Notes: generated by a model from the letters alone, not told the origin. Shown: positions 1-14,880, counted from the stretch's first letter. The stretch is 64,000 nucleotides of DNA from Paragordius varius (GCA_964247055.1 OZ176053.1:13764001-13828000); one strand, 5' to 3'. A program made the numbers and translations.

Positions 1-1999
1 TAAAATTAATGTATAAAACTAATCGCATCAATACTCAAGTTAAACTTTGTCCTTAAAAATCGGATATTGGTCTCCGGTGAACAAAATTATTTTTTATACA
101 TTCTCTTATTAAGACTACATCAAAATATAGAGATAGTTTGACAAACTCTTTCATATCCGATTTTTACAACGATACTTTGAAAATTAATGTATAAAATTAG
201 TCGCATCAATACTCAAGCTAAACTTTGTCGTTAAAAATGGGGCATTGGTGACCGGTGAACAAAACTATTTTTTATACATTCTCTTAGTAAGACTACATCA
301 AAATATAGAGATAGTTTGACAAACTCTTTCATATCCGATTTTTACAACGATACTTTTAAAATTAATGTATAAAACTAATTGCATCAATACTCAAGTTAAA
401 CTTTGTCCTTAAAAATCGGATATTGGTCTCCGGTGAACAAAATTATTTTTTATACATTCTCTTATTAAGACTACATCAAAATATAGAGATAGTTTAACAA
501 ACTCTTTCATATCCGATTTTTACAACGATACTTTAAAAATTAATGTATCGCATCAATACTCAAGTTAAACTTTGTCAAAAATCGGATATTGGTCACAGGT
601 GAACAAAACTATTTTTTATACATTCTTTTAGTAAGACTACATCAAAATATAGAGATAGTTTGACTAACTCTTTCATATCCGATTTTTACAACGATATTTG
701 AAAAAATTAATGTATAAAACTAGTCGTATCAATACTCAAGTTAAACTTTGTCAAAAATCGGATATTGGTCACCGGTGAACAAAATTATATTTTATACATT
801 CTCTTACTAAGACTACATCAAAATATAGAGATAGTTTGACAAAGTCTTTAATATCTGATTTTTAGAGCGATACTTTAAAAATTAATGTATGATTTAGCAT
901 ACGACAATAAGCAAGTTAAAATTTGTCCTTAAAAATCGGATATTAGTCGCCGGTAAAGAAAATAATTTTTTATACATTCTCTTAGTAGTACTACATCAAA
1001 ATATAGAGATAGTTTGAACTCTTTAATATCTGATTTTTAGAGAGATACTTTAAAAATTAATGTATAATTTAGCATATGACAATATTCAAGTTAAACTTTG
1101 TCCTTAAAAATCGGATATTGGTGACCGGTGAACGAAACTATTTTCTATACATTCTCTTAGAAGGACTACATTAAAATATAGAGATAGTTTGACAAACTCT
1201 TTCATATCCGATTTTTACAACGATACTTTTAAAATTAATGTATAAAACTAATCGCATCAATACTCAAGTTAAACTTTGTCCTTAAAAATCGGATATTGGT
1301 CTCGAACAAAATTATTTTTTATACATTCTCTTATTAAGACTACATCAAAATATAGAGATAGTTTGACAAACTCTTTAATATCTGATTTTTAGAGCGATAC
1401 TTTAAAAATTAATGTATAATTTAGCATACGACAATAAGCAAGTTAAACTTTGTCCTTAAAAATCGGATATTAGTCGCCGGTAAAGAAAATAATTTTTATA
1501 CATTCTCTTAGTAGTACTACATCAAAATATAGAGAGAGTTTGACAAACTCTTTAATATCTGATTTTTAGAGCGATACTTTAAAAATAAATGTATAATTTA
1601 GCATACGACAATAAGCAAGTTAAACTTTGTCCTTAAAAATCGGATATTGGTCTCCGGTGAACAAAACTATTTTTTATACATTCTCTTAGTAAGACTACAT
1701 CAAAATATAGAGATAGTTTGACAAACTCTTTCATATCCGATTTTTGCAACGATACTTTTAAAATTAATGTATAAAACTAATCGCATCAATACTCAAGTTA
1801 AACTTTGTCCTTAAAAATCGGATATTAATCACCGGTTAACAAAATTATTTTTTATACATTCTCTTAGTATGACTACATGAAAATATAGAGATAGTTTGAA
1901 AAACTCTTTCATATCCGATTTTTACAACGATACTTTAAAAATTAATTTAAAAAACTAGTCGTATCAATACTCAAGTTAAACTTTGTCCTTAAAAATCGG

Positions 2000-4900
2000 A
2001 TATTGGTCACCGGTGAACAAAATTATTTTTTATACATTCTCTTATTAAGACTACATCAAAATATAGAGATAGTTTGACAAACTCTTTAATATCTGATTTT
2101 TAGAGCGATACTTTAAAAATTAATGTATAATTTAGCATACGACAATAAGCAAGTTAAACTTTGTCCTTAAAAATCGGATATTAGTCGCCGGTAAAGAAAA
2201 TAATTTTTATACATTCTCTTAGTAGTACTACATCAAAATATAGAGATAGTTTGACAAACTCTTTAATATCTGATTTTTAGAGCGATACTTTAAAAATAAA
2301 TGTATAATTTAGCATACGACAATAAGCAAGTTAAACTTTGTCCTTAAAAATCGGATATTGGTCTCCGGTGAACAAAATTATTTTTTATACATTCTCTTAG
2401 TAGTACTACATCAAAATATAGAGATAGTTTAACAAACTCTTTCATATCCGATTTTTACAACGATACTTTAAAAATTAATGTATCGCATCAATACTCAAGT
2501 TAAACTTTGTCAAAAATCGGATATTGGTCACCGGTGAACAAAACTATTTTTTATACATTCTTTTAGTAAGACTACATCAAAATATAGAGATAGTTTGACA
2601 AACTCTTTCATATCCGATTTTTACAACGATACTTTAAAAATTAATGTATAAAACTAATCGTATCAATACTCAAGTTAAACTTTGTCCTTAAAAATCGGAT
2701 ATTGGTCACCGGTGAACAAAATTATTTTTTATACATTCTCTTAGTAAGACTACATGAAAATATAGAGATAGTTTGACAAACTCTTTCATATCCGATTTTT
2801 ACAACGATACTTTAAAAATTAATTTAAAAAACTAGTCGTATCAATACTCAAATTAAACTTTGTCCTTAAAAATCGGATATTGGTCACCGGTGAACAAAAT
2901 TATTTTTTATACATTCTCTTATTAAGACTACATCAAAATATAGAGATAGTTTGACAAACTCTTTAATATCTGATTTTTAGAGCGATACTTTAAAAATTAA
3001 TGTATAATTTAGCATACGACAATAAGCAAGTTAAACTTTGTCCTTAAAAATCGGATATTGGTCTCCGGTGAACAAAACTATTTTTTATACATTCTCTTAG
3101 TAAGACTACATCAAAATATAGAGATAGTTTGACAAACTCTTTCATATCCGATTTTTGCAACAATACTTTAAAAATTAATGTATAAAACTAGTCGCATCAA
3201 TACTCAAGTTAAACTTTGTCCTTAAAAATCGGATATTAATCACCGGTTAACAAAATTATTTTTTATACATTCTCTTAGTATGACTACATGAAAATATAGA
3301 GATAGTTTGAAAAACTCTTTCATATCCGATTTTTACAACGATACTTTAAAAATTAATTTAAAAAACTAGTCGTATCAATACTCAAGTTAAACTTTGTCCT
3401 TAAAAATCGGATATTGGTCACCGGTGAACAAAATTATTTTTTATACATTCTCTTATTAAGACTACATCAAAATATAGAGATAGTTTGACAAACTCTTTAA
3501 TATCTGATTTTTAGAGCGATACTTTAAAAATTAATGTATAATTTAGCATACGACAATAAGCAAGTTAAACTTTGTCCTTAAAAATCGGATATTAGTCGCC
3601 GGTAAAGAAAATAATTTTTATACATTCTCTTAGTAGTACTACATCAAAATATAGAGATAGTTTGATAAACTCTTTAATATCTGATTTTTAGAGCGATACT
3701 TTAAAAATAAATGTATAATTTAGCATACGACAATAAGCAAGTTAAACTTTGTCCTTAAAAATCGGATATTGGTCTCCGGTGAACAAAATTATTTTTTATA
3801 CATTCTCTTAGTAGTACTACATCAAATTATAGAGATAGTTTGACAAACTCTTTCATATCCGATTTTTACAACGATACTTTAAAAATTAATGTATCGCATC
3901 AATACTCAAGTTAAACTTTGTCAAAAATCGGATATTGGTCACCGGTGAACAAAACTATTTTTTATACATTCTTTTAGTAAGACTACATCAAAATATAGAG
4001 ATAGTTTGACAAACTCTTTCATATCCGATTTTTACAACGATACTTTAAAAATTAATGTATAAAACTAATCGTATCAATACTCAAGTTAAACTTTGTCCTT
4101 AAAAATCGGATATTGGTCACCGGTGAACAAAATTATTTTTTATACATTCTCTTAGTAAGACTACATGAAAATATAGAGATAGTTTGACAAACTCTTTCAT
4201 ATCCGATTTTTACAACGATACTTGAAAAAATTTAATGTATAAAACTAGTCGTATCAATACTCAAGTTAAACTTTGTCCTTAAAAATCGGATATTGATCAC
4301 CGGTGAACAAAATTATTTTTTATACATTCTTTTAGTAAGACTACATCAAAATATAGAGATAGTTTGACTAACTCTTTCATATCCGATTTTTACAACGATA
4401 CTTTTAAAATTAATGTATAAAACTAATCGCATCAATACTCAAGTTAAACTTTGAAAATCGGATATTGGTCTCGAACAAAATTATTTTTTATACATTCTCT
4501 TATTAAGACTACATCAAAATATTGAGATAGTTTGACAAACTCTTTAATATCTGATTTTTAGGGCGATACTTTAAAAATTAATGTAGAATTTAGCATACGA
4601 CAATAAGCAAGTTAAACTTCCTTAAAAATCGGATATTAGTCGCCGGTAGTAGTACTACATCAAAATATAGAGAGAGTTTGACAAACTCTTTAATATCTGA
4701 TTTTTAGAGCGATACTTTAAAAATTAATGTATAATTTAGCATACGACAATAAGCAAGTTAAACTTTGTCCTTAAAAATCGGATATTGGTCTCCGGTGAAC
4801 AAAACTATTTTTTATACATTCTCTTAGTAAGACTACATCAAAATATAGAGATAGTTTGACAAACTCTTTCATATCCGATTTTTGCAACGATACTTTTAAA

Positions 4901-6420
4901 ATTAATGTATAAAACTAATCGCATCAATACTCAAGTTAAACTTTGTCCTTAAAAATCGGATATTGGTCACCGGTGAACAAAATTGTTTTTTATACATTCT
5001 CTTAGTAAGACTACATGAAAATATAGAGATAGTTTGACAAACTCTTTCATATCCGATTTTTACAACGATACTTGAAAAAATTTAATGTATAAAACTAGTC
5101 GTATCAATACTCAAGTTAAACTTTGTCCTTAAAAATCGGATATTGGTCACCGGTGAACAAAATTGTTTTTTATACATTCTCTTAGTAAGACTACATGAAA
5201 ATATAGAGATAGTTTGACAAACTCTTTCATATCCGATTTTTACAACGATACTTTTAAAATTAATGTATCGCATCAATACTCAAGTTAAACTTTGTCAAAA
5301 ATCGGATATTGGTCACCGGTGAACAAAACTATTTTTTCATTCTTTTAGTAAGACTACATCAAAATATAGAGATAGTTTGACAAACTCTTTCATATCCGAT
5401 TTTTACAACGATACTTTAAAAATTAATGTATAAAACTAATCGCATCAATACTCAAGTTAAACTTTGTCCTTAAAAATCGGATATTGGTCACCGGTGAACA
5501 AAATTATTTTTTATACATTCTCTTAGTAAGACTACATGAAAATATAGAGATAGTTTGACAAACTCTTTCATATCCGATTTTTACAACGATACTTGAAAAA
5601 ATTTAATGTATAAAACTAGTCGTATCAATACTCAAGTTAAACTTTGTCCTTAAAAATCGGATATTGATCACCGGTGAACAAAATTATTTTTTATACATTC
5701 TTTTAGTAAGACTACATCAAAATATAGAGATAGTTTGACTAACTCTTTCATATCCGATTTTTACAACGATACTTTTAAAATTAATGTATAAAACTAATCG
5801 CATCAATACTCAAGTTAAACTTTGAAAATCGGATATTGGTCTCGAACAAAATTATTTTTTATACATTCTCTTATTAAGACTACATCAAAATATAGAGATA
5901 GTTTGACAAACTCTTTAATATCTGATTTTTAGGGCGATACTTTAAAAATTAATGTAGAATTTAGCATACGACAATAAGCAAGTTAAACTTCCTTAAAAAT
6001 CGGATATTAGTCGCCGGTAGTAGTACTACATCAAAATATAGAGAGAGTTTGACAAACTCTTTAATATCTGATTTTTAGAGCGATACTTTAAAAATTAATG
6101 TATAATTTAGCATACGACAATAAGCAATTTAAACTTTGTCCTTAAAAATCGGATTGGTCTCCGGTGAACAAAACTATTTTTTATACATTCTCTTAGTAAG
6201 ACTACATCAAAATATAGAGATAGTTTGACAAACTCTTTCATATCCGATTTTTGCAACGATACTTTTAAAATTAATGTATAAAACTAATCGCATCAATACT
6301 CAAGTTAAACTTTGTCCTTAAAAATCGGATATTGGTCACCGGTGAACAAAATTGTTTTTTATACATTCTCTTAGTAAGACTACATGAAAATATAGAGATA
6401 GTTTGACAAACTCTTTCATA
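2000..6420 (+). repeat. Local 8-monomer higher-order repeat (about 1.37-1.41 kb period; edges approximate)
   Basis: The deletion marker atgtatcgcatc recurs at about 2484, 3895 and 5269 (spacings 1411 and 1374). The deletion marker cgccggtagtagtac recurs at 4641 and 6012 (spacing 1371). Confidence 0.85.
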
Positions 6421-7999
6421 TCCGATTTTTACAACGATACTTTAAAAATTAATGTATAAAACTAGTCGTATCAATACTCAAGTTAAACTTTGTCCTTAAA
6501 AATCGGATATTGGTCACCGGTGAACAAAATTATTTTTTATACATTCTCTTATTAAGACTACATCAAAATATAGAGATAGTTTGACAAACTCTTTGATATC
6601 TGATTTTTAGAGCGATACTTTAAAAATTAATGTATAATTTAGCATACGACAATAAGCAAGTTAAACTTTGTCCTTAAAAATCGGATATTAGTCGCCGGTA
6701 AAGAAAATAATTTTTATACATTCTCTTAGTAGTACTACATCAAAATATAGAGATAGTTTGACAAACTCTTTAATATCTGATTTTTAGAGCAGTACTTTAA
6801 AAATAAATGTATAATTTAGCATACGACAATAAGCAAGTTAAACTTTGTCCTTAAAAATCGGATATTGGTCTCCGGTGAACAAAATTATTTTTTATACATT
6901 CTCTTATTAAGACTACATCAAAATATAGAGATAGTTTAACAAACTCTTTCATATCCGATTTTTACAAAGATACTTTAAAAATTAATGTATAAAACTAATC
7001 GCATCAATACTCAAGTTAAACTTTGTCCTTAAAAATCGGATATTGGTCACCGGTGAACAAAATTATTTTTTATACATTCTCTTAGTAAGACTACATGAAA
7101 ATATAGAGATAGTTTGACAAACTCTTTCATATCCGATTTTTACAACGATACTTGAAAAAATTTAATGTATAAAACTAGTCGTATCAATACTCAAGTTAAA
7201 CTTTGTCCTTAAAAATCGGATATTGATCACCGGTGAACAAAACTATTTTTTATACATTCTTTTAGTAAGACTACATCAAAATATAGAGATAGTTTGACTA
7301 AATCTTTCATATCCGATTTTTACAACGATACTTTTAAAATTAATGTATAAAACTAATCGCATCAATACTCAAGTAAAACTTTGTCCTTAAAAATCGGATA
7401 TTGGTCTCGAACAAAATTATTTTTTATACATTCTCTTATTAAGACTACATCAAAATATAGAGATAGTTTGACAAACTCTTTAATATCTGATTTTTAGGGC
7501 GATACTTTAAAAATTAATGTAGAATTTAGCATACGACAATAAGCAAGTTAAACTTCCTTAAAAATCGGATATTAGTCGCCGGTAAAGAAAATAATTTTTT
7601 ATACATTCTCTTAGTAGTACTACATCAAAATATAGAGAGAGTTTGACAAACTCTTTAATATCTGATTTTTAGAGCGATACTTTAAAAATTAATGTATAAT
7701 TTAGCATACGACAATAAGCAAGTTAAACTTTGTCCTTAAAAATCGGATATTGGTCTCCGGTGAACAAAACTATTTTTTATACATTCTCTTAGTAAGACTA
7801 CATCAAAATATAGAGATAGTTTGACAAACTCTTTCATATCCGATTTTTACAACGATACATTTAAAATTAATGTATAAAACTAATCGCATCAATACTCAAG
7901 TTAAACTTTGTCCTTAAAAATCGGATATTGGTCACCGGTGAACAAAATTGTTTTTTATACATTCTCTTAGTAAGACTACATGAAAATATAGAGATAGTT

Positions 8000-9620
8000 T
8001 GACAAACTCTTTCATATCCGATTTTTACAACGATACTTTAAAAATTAATGTATAAAACTAGTCGTATCAATACTCAAGTTAAACTTTGTCCTTAAAAATC
8101 GGATATTGGTAACCGGTGAACAAAATTATTTTTTATACATTCTCTTATTAAGACTACATCAAAATATAGAGATAGTTTGACAAACTCTTTAATATGAGCG
8201 ATACTTTAAAAATTAATGTATAATTTAGCATACGACAATAAGCAAGTTAAACTTTGTCCTTAAAAATCGGATATTAGTCGCCGGTAAAGAAAATAATTTT
8301 TTATACATTCTCTTAGTAGTACTACATCAAAATATAGAGATAGTTTGACAAACTCTTTAATATCTGATTTTTTGAGCGATACTTTAAAAATTAATGTATA
8401 ATTTAGCATACGACAATAAGCAAATTAAACTTTGTCCTTAAAAATCGGATATTGGTCTCCGGTGAACAAAACTATTTTTTATACATTCTCTTAGTAAGAC
8501 TACATCAAAATATAGAGATAGTTTGACAAACTCTTTCATATCCGATTTTTACAACGATACTTTTAAAATTAATGTATAAAACTAATCGCATCAATACTCA
8601 AGTTAAACTTTGTCCTTAAAAATCGGATATTGGTCACCGGTGAACAAAATTATTTTTTATACATTCTCTTATTAAGAGTACATCAAAATATAGAGATAGT
8701 TTGACAAACTCTTTCATATCCGATTTTTACAACGATACTTTAAAAATTAATGTATAATATTAGTCGCATCAATACTCAAGCTAAACTTTGTCCTTAAAAA
8801 TCGGATATTGGTCTCCGGTGAACAAAACTATTTTTTATACATTCTCTTAGTAAGACTACATGAAAATATAGAGATAGTTTGACAAACTCTTTCATATCCG
8901 ATTTTTACAACGATACTTTAAAAATTAATGTATAAAACTAGTCGTATCAATACTCAAGTTAAACTTTGTCCTTAAAAATCGGATATTGGTAACCGGTGAA
9001 CAAAATTATTTTTTATACATTCTCTTATTAAGACTACATCAAAATATAGAGATAGTTTGACAAACTCTTTAATATGAGCGATACTTTAAAAATTAATGTA
9101 TAATTTAGCATACGACAATAAGCAAGTTAAACTTTGTCCTTAAAAATCGGATATTAGTCGCCGGTAAAGAAAATAATTTTTTATACATTCTCTTAGTAGT
9201 ACTACATCAAAATATAGAGATAGTTTGACAAACTCTTTAATATCTGATTTTTAGAGCGATACTTTAAAAATTAATGTATAATTTAGCATACGACAATAAG
9301 CAAATTAAACTTTGTCCTTAAAAATCGGATATTGGTCTCCGGTGAACAAAACTATTTTTTATACATTCTCTTAGTAAGACTACATCAAAATATAGAGATA
9401 GTTTGACAAACTCTTTCATATCCGATTTTTACAACGATACTTTTAAAATTAATGTATAAAACTAATCGCATCAATACTCAAGTTAAACTTTGTCCTTAAA
9501 AATCGGATATTGGTCACCGGTGAACAAAATTATTTTTTATACATTCTCTTATTAAGAGTACATCAAAATATAGAGATAGTTTGACAAACTCTTTAATATC
9601 TGATTTTTAGAGCGATACTT
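8000..9620 (+). repeat. Tandem 5-monomer duplication (880 bp; edges approximate)
   Basis: Three markers are each exactly 880 bp apart: aatatgagcg 8191/9071, ggtaaccgg 8111/8991, attaagagta 8671/9551. Confidence 0.88.
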
Positions 9621-9949
9621 TATTAATGTATAATTTAGCATACGACAATAAGCAAGTTAAACTTTGTCCTTAAAAATCGGATATTAGTCGCCGGTAAAGA
9701 AAATAATTTTTATACATTTTCTTAGTAGTACTACATCAAAATATAGAGATAGTTTGACAAACTCTTTAATATCTGATTTTTAGAGCGATACTTTACAAAT
9801 TAATGTATAATTTAGCATACGACAATAAGCAAGTTAAACTTTGTCCTTAAAAATCGGATATTGGTCTCCGGTGAACAAAATTATTTTTTATACATTCTCT
9901 TATTAAGACTACATCAAAATATAGAGATAGTTTGACAAACTCTTTCATA

Positions 9950-11620
9950 TCCGATTTTTAAAACGATACTTTAAAAATTAATGTATTAAACTAGTCGCAT
10001 CAATACTCAAGTTAAACTTTGTCCTTAAAAAACGGATATTGGGGATCGGTGAACAAAATTATTTTTTATACATTCTCTTATTAAGACTACATCAAAATAT
10101 AGAGATAGTTTGACAAACTCTTTCATATCCGATTTTTACAACGATACTTTTAAAATTAATGTATAAAACTAATCGCATCAATACTCAAGTTAAACTTTGT
10201 CCTTAAAAATCGGATATTGGTCACCGGTAAACAAAATTATTTTTTATACATTCTCTTATTAAGAGTACATCAAAATATAGAGATAGTTTGACAAACTCTT
10301 TAATATCTGATTTTTAGAGCGATACTTTAAAAATTAATGTATAATTTAGCATACGACAATAAGCAAGTTAAACTTTGTCCTTAAAAATCGGATATTAGTC
10401 GCCGGTAAAGAAAATAATTTTTTATACATTCTCTAACTAGTACTACATCAAAATATAGAGATAGTTTGACAAACTCTTTAATATCTGATTTTTAGAGCGA
10501 TACTATAATTTAGCATACGACAATAAGCAAGTTAAACTTTGTCCTTAAAAATCGGATATTAGTCGCCGGTAAAGAAAATAATTTTTATACATTTTCTTAG
10601 TAGTATACATCAAAATATAGAGATAGTTTGACAAATTCTTTAATATCTGATTTTTAGAGCGATACTTTAAAAATTAATGTATAATTTAGCATACGACAAT
10701 AAGCAAGTTAAACTTTGTCCTTAAAAATCGGATATTGGTCTCCGGTGAACAAAATTATTTTTTATACATTCTCTTATTAAGACTACATCAAAATATAGAG
10801 ATAGTTTGACAAACTCTTTCATATCCGATTTTTAAAACGATACTTTAAAAATTAATGTATAAAACTAGTCGCATCAATACTCAAGTTAAACTTTGTCCTT
10901 AAAAATCGGATATTGGTCACCGGTGAACAAAATTATTTTTTTTTATACATTCTCTTAGTAAGACTACATCAAAATATAGAGATAGTTTGATAAACTCTTT
11001 CATATCCGATTTTTACAACGATACTTTAAAAATTAATCCATAAAATTAGTCGTATCAATACTCAAGTTAAACTTTGTCCTTAAAAAACGGATATTGGGGA
11101 TCGGTGAACAAAATTATTTTTTATACATTCTCTTATTAAGACTACATCAAAATATAGAGATAGTTTGACAAACTCTTTCATATCCGATTTTTACACCGAT
11201 ACTTTTAAAATTAATGTATAAAACTAATCGCATCAATACTCAAGTTAAACTTTGTCCTTAAAAATCGGATATTGGTCACCGGTAAACAAAATTATTTTTT
11301 ATACATTCTCTTATTAAGAGTACATCAAAATATAGAGATAGTTTGACAAACTCTTTAATATCTGATTTTTAGAGCGATACTTTAAAAATTAATGTATAAT
11401 TTAGCATACGACAATAAGCAAGTTAAACTTTGTCCTTAAAAATCGGATATTAGTCGCCGGTAAAGAAAATAATTTTTTATACATTCTCTTACTAGTACTA
11501 CATCAAAATATAGAGATAGTTTGACAAACTCTTTAATATCTGATTTTTAGAGCGATACTATAATTTAGCATACGACAATAAGCAAGTTAAACTTTGTCCT
11601 TAAAAATCGGATATTAGTCG
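9950..11620 (+). repeat. Tandem 6-monomer duplication (about 1055 bp; edges approximate)
   Basis: tactataatttag at 10501 and 11556 (spacing 1055). aaaaaacggatattggggatcgg near 10030 and 11085. Confidence 0.8.
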
Positions 11621-13319
11621 CCGGTAAAAAAAATAATTTTTTATACATTCTCTTAGTAGGACTACATCAAAAAATAGAGATAGTTTGACAAACTCTTTCA
11701 TATCCGATTTTTACAACGATACTTATAAAATTAATGTATAAAACTAGTCGCATGAATACTCAATTTAAACTTTGTCCTTAAAAATCGGATATTGTTCACC
11801 GGTGACCAAAATTATTTTTTATACATTCTCTTAGTAAGACTACATCAAAATATAGAGATAGTTTGACAAACTCTTTCATATCCGATTTTTACAACGATAC
11901 TTTAAAAATTAATTATAAAACTAGTCGCATCGATACTCAAGTAAAACTTTGTCCTTAAAAATCGGATATTGGTCACCGGTGAACAAAACTATTTTTTATA
12001 CATTCTTTTAGTAAGTCTACATCAAAATATAGAGATAGTTTGATAAACTCTTTCATATCCGATTTTTATAACGATACTTTAAAAATTGATGTATAAAACT
12101 AGTCGCATCAATACTCAAGTTAAACTTTGTCCTTAAAAATCGGATATTGGTCACCGGTGAACAAAACTATTTTTTATACATTCTTTTAGTAAGACTACAT
12201 CAAAATATAGAGATAGTTTGACAAACTCTTTCATATCCGATTTTTACAACGATACTTTTAAAATTAATGTATAAAACTAATCGCATCAATACTCAAGTTA
12301 AACTTTGTCCTTAAAAATCGGATATTGGTCACCGGTGACCAAAATTATTTTTTATACATTCTCTTAGTAGGAGTACATGAAAATATAGAGATAGTTTGAC
12401 AAACTCTTTCATATCCGATTTTAAAAACGATACTTTAAAAATTAATGTATAAAACTATCGCATCAATACTCAAGTTAAACTTTGTCAAAAATCGGATATT
12501 GGTCACCGGTGAACAAAACTATTTTTTATACATTCTTTTAGTAAGACTACATCAAAATATAGAGATAGTTTGATAAACTCTTTCATATCCGATTTTTATA
12601 ACGATACTTTAAAAATTAATGTATAAAACTAGTCGCATCGATACTCAAGTTAAACTTTGTATTTAAAAATCGGATATTAGTCGCCGGTAAAGAAAATAAT
12701 TTTTTATACATTCTCTTAGTAGTAGTACATCAAAATATAGAGATAGTTTGACAAACTCTTTCATATCCGATTTTTACAACGATACTTTTAAAATTAATGT
12801 ATAAAACTAATCGCATGAATACTCAATTTAAACTTTGTCCTTAAAAATCGGATATTGGTCTCCGGTGAACAAAATTATTTTTTATACATTCTCTTATTAA
12901 GACTACATCAAAATATAGAGATAGTTTAACAAACTCCTTCATATCCGATTTTTACAACGATACTTTAAAAATTAATGTATAAAACTAGTCGCATCAATAC
13001 TCAAGTTAAACTTTGTCCAAAATCGGATATTGGTCACCGGTGAACAAAACTATTTTTTATACATTCTTTTAGTAAGACTACATCAAAATATAGAGATAGT
13101 TTGACAAACTTTTTAATATCTGATTTTTACAACGATACTTTAAAAATTAATGTATAAAACTATCGCATCAATATTCAAGTTATACTTTGTCCTTAAAAAT
13201 CGGATATTGGTGACCGGTGAACGAAACTATTTTCTATACATTCTCTTAGAAGGACTACATTAAAATATAGAGATAGTTTGACAAACTCTTTCATATCCGA
13301 TTTTTACAACGATACTTTA

Positions 13320-14880
13320 AAAATTAATGTATAAAACTAGTCGCATCAATACTCAAGTTAAACTTTGTCCTTAAAAATCAGATATTGGTCACCGGTGAAC
13401 AAAACTATTTTTTATACCTTCTTTGTAAGACTACATCAAAATATAGAGATAGTTTGACTAACTCTTTCTTATCCGATTTTTACAACGATACTTTTTAAAT
13501 TAATGTATAAAACTAATCGCATCAATACTCTAGTTAAAATTCGTCCTTAAAAATCGGATATTGGTCTCCAGTGAACAAAATTATTTTTTATACATTCTCT
13601 TATTAAGACTACATCAAAATATAGAGATAGTTTGACAAACTCTTTCATATCCGATTTTTACAACGATACTTTGAAAATTAATGTATAAAACTAGTCGCAT
13701 CAATACTCAAGTTAAACTTTGTCCTTAAAAATGGGATATTGGTCACCGGTGAACAAAACTATTTTTTATACATTCTCTTAGTAAGACTACATCAAAATAT
13801 AGAGATAGTTTGACAAACTTTTTCATATCCGATTTTTACAACGATACTTTTAAAATAAATGTATAAAACTAATCGCATCAATACTCAAGTTAAACTTTGT
13901 CCTTAAAAATCGGATATTGGTCACCGGTGAACAAAATTATTTTTTATACAATCTCTTAGTAAGACTACATGAAAATATAGAGATAGTTTGACCAACTCTT
14001 TCATATCCGATTTTTACAACGATACTTGAAAAAATTAATGTATAAAACTAGTCGCATCAATACTCAAGTTAAACTTTGTCCTTAAAAATCAGATATTGGT
14101 CACCGGTGAACAAAACTATTTTTTATACCTTCTTTGTAAGACTACATCAAAATATAGAGATAGTTTGACTAACTCTTTCTTATCCGATTTTTACAACGAT
14201 ACTTTTTAAATTAATGTATAAAACTAATCGCATCAATACTCTAGTTAAAATTTGTCCTTAAAAATCGGATATTGGTCTCCAGTGAACAAAATTATTTTTT
14301 ATACATTCTCTTATTAAGACTACATCAAAATATAGAGATAGTTTGACAAACTCTTTCATATCCGATTTTTACAACGATACTTTGAAAATTAATGTATAAA
14401 ACTAGTCGCATCAATACTCAAGTTAAACTTTGTCCTTAAAAATGGGATATTGGTCACCGGTGAACAAAACTATTTTTTATACATTCTCTTAGTAAGACTA
14501 CATCAAAATATAGAGATAGTTTGACAAACTTTTTCATATCCGATTTTTACAACGATACTTTTAAAATAAATGTATAAAACTAATCGCATCAATACTCAAG
14601 TTAAACTTTGTCCTTAAAAATCGGATATTGGTCACCGGTGAACAAAATTATTTTTTATACAATCTCTTAGTAAGACTACATGAAAATATAGAGAAAGTTT
14701 GACCAACTCTTTCATATCCGATTTTTACTACGATACTTGAAAAAATTAATGTATAAAACTAGTCGCATCAATACTCAAGTTAAACTTTGTCCTTAAAAAT
14801 CAGATATTGGTCACCGGTGAACAAAACTATTTTTTATACATTCTTTTAGTAAGACTACATCAAAATATAGAGATAGTTTG
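13320..14880 (+). repeat. Tandem 4-monomer higher-order repeat (711 bp; edges approximate)
   Basis: aaatcagatattgg at 13379, 14090 and 14801. ataccttctttgtaag at 13417 and 14128. Both give a 711-bp spacing. Confidence 0.88.

Noticed and set aside
1-178. Identity with Arabidopsis CEN178 or primate alpha satellite
   Set aside because: Only the length is similar. I recognise no shared sequence, and nucleosome-sized monomers arise convergently. A database alignment would be needed to name the family.
1-178. 10-bp phased A-tract curvature
   Set aside because: A/T tracts are abundant, but their spacing by eye is irregular. A periodicity calculation is needed before claiming it.
2130-2145. Class-b box atacgac as a micro-inversion of class-a gtcgtat
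   Set aside because: Only 7 bp are complementary, and inverting the a box does not reproduce the rest of the b box.
5082-5276. 64-aa minus-strand ORF
   Set aside because: It lies wholly in satellite monomers and is a chance stop-free frame with no protein features.
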